Below, piece after piece: positions 8,310 to 11,577 of a stretch of DNA of 11,577 nucleotides. A model generated the notes under the pieces. The model saw nothing but the letters and a program-made list of their open reading frames with translations. It did no database searches and was not told the origin of the DNA. Each line of letters opens with the position of its first letter. Position 1 is the stretch's first letter. The stretch covers positions 1 to 11,577 of the forward strand of contig JAYKGY010000047.1 in the NCBI GenBank assembly GCA_035285545.1, in the 5' to 3' direction. Source of the stretch: Snowella sp. Lineage in GTDB: Bacteria > Cyanobacteriota > Cyanobacteriia > Cyanobacteriales > Microcystaceae. The position numbers were made by a program, and so were the translations under genes.

Positions 8310-9374
8310 ATGAACTTGAAAAATCAAAAAGTTAAACTGTTAGTCCTATTAACCACCGCTCTCGGTGCTATTGGAGGGGCATCCTGGTCGGGACTTCAGT
8401 TATTAGGGGGCACGAAAGAGCCAGTAACCTCCGAAGTTAAACAAAATTCGCCGACCGTTGCCATTAACTTAAGCAATGCGAATATTGAGCCACCGAAAGC
8501 TTTGGCTGATGTGCCAGGGGTACCGAATGGACTCTTTAGTAATGGGGGAAGTACGACCTGGGCAGCCATTCGAGCAGCAGTTAATCAACCCATTGCAACC
8601 GCCTGGCCCAATTTTCAACTTCGCTATACCGAACCCACGACTAATTTACCCGGCTCCCGTATTGGCGTTGAAATGTTATTGAATGATCAACTGTCCTTTG
8701 CCCAATCTTCCCAAGCTTTAACAGTTGAGGAATTCCAAGGGGCAGTTAATCGGGGTTTTAAATTAAAACAGGTTCCCGTTGCCATTGATGGTCTGGCGAT
8801 CGCGGTTAATCCCCAGCTTAATGTGAAAGGTCTTACTTTAAGTCAACTTAAAGATATTTACACGGGGAAAATCACCAACTGGAAAGAAGTCGGCGGCCCC
8901 AATTTGACGATCGTTCCCTACACTCGTTCCCTAGAAACGGGCGGAACCTTGGATTTTTTCCAAGAAAATGTCTTACAGGGTGAAAAATTCACTGAAAAAA
9001 TTAAAATTGTACGAGATACGACCCAGGGACTCCGTAGCGTGAGTGGGGCACCAGGCGGGATTTATTATGCCTCCGCTTCGATGGTAGTTCCCCAATGTAC
9101 GGTTAAAGCCTTACCCATCGGCAGAACCCTAACCAGTTTAGTCCCCCCCTATCAAGGCTCCTTCGTTCCTGAATCCGAATGTCCTGCAAAACGCAATCAA
9201 ATTAACCGAGAAGCGATCAAAAGTGGCCAATACCCCATTACTCGCCGTTTATTTGTCATTATTAAAGAAAATGGACAAATTGATGAACAAGCGGGCAATG
9301 CTTACGCCAATCTCTTGTTGACGGAGCAAGGCCAAAACCTCATTGAGCAGGCAGGATTTATCAAAATTCGTTAG
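8310..9374 (+). CDS. PstS-family (phosphate-binding-like) substrate-binding protein, N-terminal membrane anchor
   Basis: GGSTTW, VPVAIDGLAIAVNP, LKDIYTGKITNWKEVGG, YPITRRLFVII, GQNLIEQAGF motifs; no lipobox Cys. Confidence 0.88.
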   Translation: MNLKNQKVKLLVLLTTALGAIGGASWSGLQLLGGTKEPVTSEVKQNSPTVAINLSNANIEPPKALADVPGVPNGLFSNGGSTTWAAIRAAVNQPIATAWPNFQLRYTEPTTNLPGSRIGVEMLLNDQLSFAQSSQALTVEEFQGAVNRGFKLKQVPVAIDGLAIAVNPQLNVKGLTLSQLKDIYTGKITNWKEVGGPNLTIVPYTRSLETGGTLDFFQENVLQGEKFTEKIKIVRDTTQGLRSVSGAPGGIYYASASMVVPQCTVKALPIGRTLTSLVPPYQGSFVPESECPAKRNQINREAIKSGQYPITRRLFVIIKENGQIDEQAGNAYANLLLTEQGQNLIEQAGFIKIR

Positions 9375-9399
9375 TCTTAAACAAAACGTTGAACCAGTC

Positions 9400-10323
9400 A
9401 TGTCTCAGCAGAAGGAAACAACTCTTTTAGTCCTCTCGCTCCTCCTAACGGGAGCCGTATTAGGTGGTGGGTTTTGGTGGTTTACGCGCAATGCGAATGT
9501 GTCTTCCCAACCCCAATCAGGAAATTCCCCTTCGGAAATGACTCCCTTGGCTCCGCCGCCTTCTCCCACCGATGTAACTGCCCTTGCCGAACCCACCCAA
9601 GTCCCGACGGGAACTCGCGTCAAAATTAATGGTTCGACGAGTATGGTGGGGATTAATGAAATCCTCAAAAGTCGTTTTCAGCAAAAGTTTCCTGGAACCG
9701 CGATCGCCACTAATGCCACAGGCACAGAAAAGGGGATTGCAGAAGTATTAAACGGAACAATCGATATTGCGGCCATTTCCCGTCCATTAACTGCCGAGGA
9801 GCAGGCCCAAGGGTTAGTTGCGATTCCCATTGCCAAAGACGCGATCGCCATTGTTGTGAGTTTAACGAATCCCTTCCGCAAAGGCTTAAACCAAGAGCAG
9901 GTTAAAGGCATTTTTCAGGGCACGATTGATAATTGGTCAGCCGTTGGTGGCAGTTCAGACCCGATTCAAGTGATTAATCGCCCACCCATAAGCGGGACGC
10001 GCCAAACCTTTCAAAATGTGGTCTTGGGAGGAGAACCTTTTGGGACGACTAGCAATTTTAAAACGATGTCACGGGATGCTACTACTCCAATATTGCAAGC
10101 CCTGGGCAAAAATGGCATTAGTTATGCAACCTACGTTCAAGTGGTCAATCAACAAACCGTTCGCCCGATCGCGATCGATGGACTGACCCCAGAAGCCGCT
10201 AATTATCCCTACGTCCGCACGCTATATTACGTTTACAAAAATCCGATTTCCGCCCCCGTCAAAGCCTTTTTAGGGTATGCCACCGCTCCCACAGGGCAAG
10301 AAGCGATCGATGAAGTGGAATAA
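9400..10323 (+). CDS. Second PstS-family substrate-binding protein, N-terminal membrane anchor and Pro/Ser linker
   Basis: NGSTSM, IDIAAISRPL, IAKDAIAIVV, IFQGTIDNWSAVGG, RPPISGT, YPYVRTLYY motifs. ATG at 9400 (MSQQKETTLLVLSLLLTG) is preferred over the overlapping start at 9343. Confidence 0.88.
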   Translation: MSQQKETTLLVLSLLLTGAVLGGGFWWFTRNANVSSQPQSGNSPSEMTPLAPPPSPTDVTALAEPTQVPTGTRVKINGSTSMVGINEILKSRFQQKFPGTAIATNATGTEKGIAEVLNGTIDIAAISRPLTAEEQAQGLVAIPIAKDAIAIVVSLTNPFRKGLNQEQVKGIFQGTIDNWSAVGGSSDPIQVINRPPISGTRQTFQNVVLGGEPFGTTSNFKTMSRDATTPILQALGKNGISYATYVQVVNQQTVRPIAIDGLTPEAANYPYVRTLYYVYKNPISAPVKAFLGYATAPTGQEAIDEVE

Positions 10324-10501
10324 ATTCCTCCAAACACCCGCCTTCTCAAAGAAACAGGAGTCTAAAATATCGGCACAGGCAGCAAGTTTTTCAAAAAAAT
10401 GGGCAATGCAATAATCATTGATTTTAAAAAATACCTCTCTAGGCTGAAGCATTATTTTTTTAAAGACCTGAAAATTTAATAGGTATTGCTAGGGAAAAAT
10501 C

Positions 10502-10768
10502 TTAGTTACGACAGAGAGAAACCTGAGATTCTAAATCAACAAACTTTAAGGAATATTTTTCAATAACAGGAGTATAGTCTTGAATAAAATATTGGGCTTT
10601 ATGACCCGTAATCGAAAAACAAGGAACTCCCTCTTTTACATACAGATAAATACAATTATCATGGGGCGTTTCTAGCGTAGGAAGTTCAAGTACTAATCTC
10701 ACTTCATCCCAAAAGGGTTTTAACAAAGGATCCAAAAGTAATCTAATAGATAAAATTTGTAAATTCAT
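10502..10768 (-). CDS. Hypothetical protein (88 aa)
   Basis: ATG-initiated, non-overlapping 88-codon ORF in AT-rich DNA where stops are otherwise frequent; globular-looking composition; no recognised family and no clear SD. Confidence 0.5.
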   Translation of the reverse strand: MNLQILSIRLLLDPLLKPFWDEVRLVLELPTLETPHDNCIYLYVKEGVPCFSITGHKAQYFIQDYTPVIEKYSLKFVDLESQVSLCRN

Positions 10769-10785
10769 ATTTTAAATATTGAATA

Positions 10786-10873
10786 AAAAATCAAATCTTC
10801 CACAAGCAATAGGTGAAAAATCAAATCAAAAAAATAGCCTAGAAAAACCGTAAAGTATTTTAAAAGTATTTTA
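10786..10873. promoter_or_regulatory. Direct-repeat cluster upstream of the 88-aa ORF (possible transcription-factor sites)
   Basis: AAAAATCAAATC at 10786-10797 and 10816-10827 (30-bp period); perfect tandem AAAGTATTTTA x2 at 10852-10873 (11-bp period). Confidence 0.35.
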
Positions 10874-10889
10874 GCTGTTCTGATGCTCA

Positions 10890-11007
10890 TAAGTAAGTTA
10901 ACCTTATTTTTTATAAAATCTCCCGCCTGTCGGCTCCCCGCTTAGTAAAGGAGGCAGGGGGGATAAAGCTCAAAAAGATTTTATGTTTTATTTAGTTAAT
11001 CTACTTA
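10890..11007. mobile_element. Putative 118-bp MITE/REPIN-like element with 31-bp imperfect terminal inverted repeats
   Basis: Left TAAGTAAGTTAACCTTATTTTTTATAAAATC (10890-10920) versus reverse complement of 10977-11007, TAAGTAGATTAACTAAATAAAACATAAAATC: 21/31 ungapped identity. Begins and ends with TA and encloses a GC-rich branched palindrome. Confidence 0.65.
10918..10964. repeat. GC-rich branched palindromic repeat, copy 2 (degenerate)
   Basis: ATCTCCC-GCC-TGTC-GGC-T-CCCCGCTT-AGTA-AAGGAGG-CA-GGGGGGAT; same architecture and orientation as 944-992. Confidence 0.8.
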
Positions 11008-11395
11008 GAAAAATCAAACTTACATCACTTCAAAGCATTAAAATCAATGTAGGCTATTAGGATTCAGCCAAAATAGATCCGTATAAGGTTCTTGATTGTT
11101 GAACTCTAGTTAATACTACTGACAAAAATTAGCTCAACTTGTTTCTTAAAATTCTAGAAACTTTTAGATAAATGATTTTTGTGAAAAAAAACTGTAGAGA
11201 ATCTCAAAAAATTAATTTTGTTAAGAATAAATTGATAAAAAAAAGAAAAAATCAGCATGTTTTAAAAAAAATAATTGGCGATTAAGAGCATTGTACTTAC
11301 ATGGAAGTTAGTCGTTCCATTTTAAAAGCCATGTGCTTATAAGTGATTATACTAGCACGCCTTGATAGAAGAAAACCTATTGTTAATCTAATTTA

Positions 11396-11438
11396 TTTTT
11401 ATGAATTAAAGTTCATTTTTATGAAGGTCTTTTCATAA
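11396..11438. promoter_or_regulatory. Two tandem palindromes ATGAA-N6-TTCAT (ArsR/SmtB-type operator-like)
   Basis: TTTTTATGAA-TTAAAG-TTCAT (11396-11416) and TTTTTATGAA-GGTCTT-TTCAT (11416-11436), 20-bp period; a -10-like CATAAT overlaps at 11434-11439. Confidence 0.5.
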
Positions 11439-11451
11439 TTCCATCCTGATC

Positions 11452-11577
11452 TATAGCAATTCCTTGATAAATGAGGTACAGTAAGAGGACTAAATTTGAG
11501 ACAAAAGCCATGAAACCCTATTCATTAGATTTTAGAAAGAAAATCTTAGAAGTCCGTGAAAAAGAAAATCTTTCTGT
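11452..11577 (+). mobile_element. Left end of an IS630-family insertion sequence (runs off window)
   Basis: TA followed by TAGCAATTCC..., a plausible TA target plus left terminus, ~56 bp upstream of an IS630-type transposase N-terminus. The right end is not visible, so the boundary is inferred. Confidence 0.75.
11510..11577 (+). CDS. IS630-family transposase, N-terminal HTH fragment (partial)
   Basis: Translates MKPYSLDFRKKILEVREKENLS, matching the M(K)xYSxD(L/F)Rx(K/R)(I/V) start typical of cyanobacterial IS630 transposases. Not in the ORF track because it is cut by the window edge. Confidence 0.82.
   Translation, partial: MKPYSLDFRKKILEVREKENLS

Larger units (their letters stand above)
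1192..9848. repeat. HIP1 octamer GCGATCGC, 14 dispersed perfect copies
   Basis: Counted by eye starting at 1192, 1736, 2135, 3949, 4069, 4732, 4991, 6456, 7060, 7787, 8148, 8796, 9700 and 9841. HIP1 is a hallmark of many cyanobacterial genomes. Confidence 0.93.

Noticed and set aside
6024..9911. Short ORFs 6024..6212, 8476..8682, 9405..9668 and 9678..9911
   Set aside because: All lie within well-supported longer genes; shadow ORFs.
10270..10452. 60-aa minus-strand ORF and nested 18-aa hydrophobic peptide MIIALPIFLKNLLPVPIF (10418..10362) as a type I toxin
   Set aside because: The 60-aa ORF overlaps the 3' end of the second PstS-like gene. The peptide has no well-spaced SD and no antitoxin or terminator structure is evident.
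11301..11342. Hairpin ATGGAA-N8-TTCCAT followed by TTT, and 13-codon ORF MEVSRSILKAMCL
   Set aside because: Stem is short and AT-rich with no upstream gene to terminate; the ORF lacks a ribosome-binding site.

Overview
Cyanobacterial chromosomal window, identified by 14 perfect HIP1 GCGATCGC octamers and cyanobacteria-type gene families. Left to right: a secreted pentapeptide-repeat/TPR protein; a ~127-bp MITE-like element; a small conserved exported protein; a stand-alone ABC ATPase; and a truncated REP-associated tyrosine transposase (RAYT). Next is one 625-codon minus-strand gene (4886..3012) broken by a single in-frame TGA at a WD40 Trp position. It is followed by a four-gene plus-strand cluster (ArnT/PMT-type glycosyltransferase, CPBP/CAAX protease, two membrane-anchored PstS-like proteins), an 88-aa orphan ORF, and an AT-rich tail holding a second MITE/REPIN-like element, tandem ArsR/SmtB-like operators and the left end of an IS630 element. 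The most striking item is the reconstructed 624-aa protein: duplicated glycine-zipper membrane domain, then a segment resembling the C-terminal helices of Vipp1/PspA (bacterial ESCRT-III), then a 7-blade WD40 propeller, then an HPD J-domain. It is a candidate membrane-anchored Hsp70 co-chaperone for Vipp1 polymers. All family calls come from motif recognition by eye; no searches were run.
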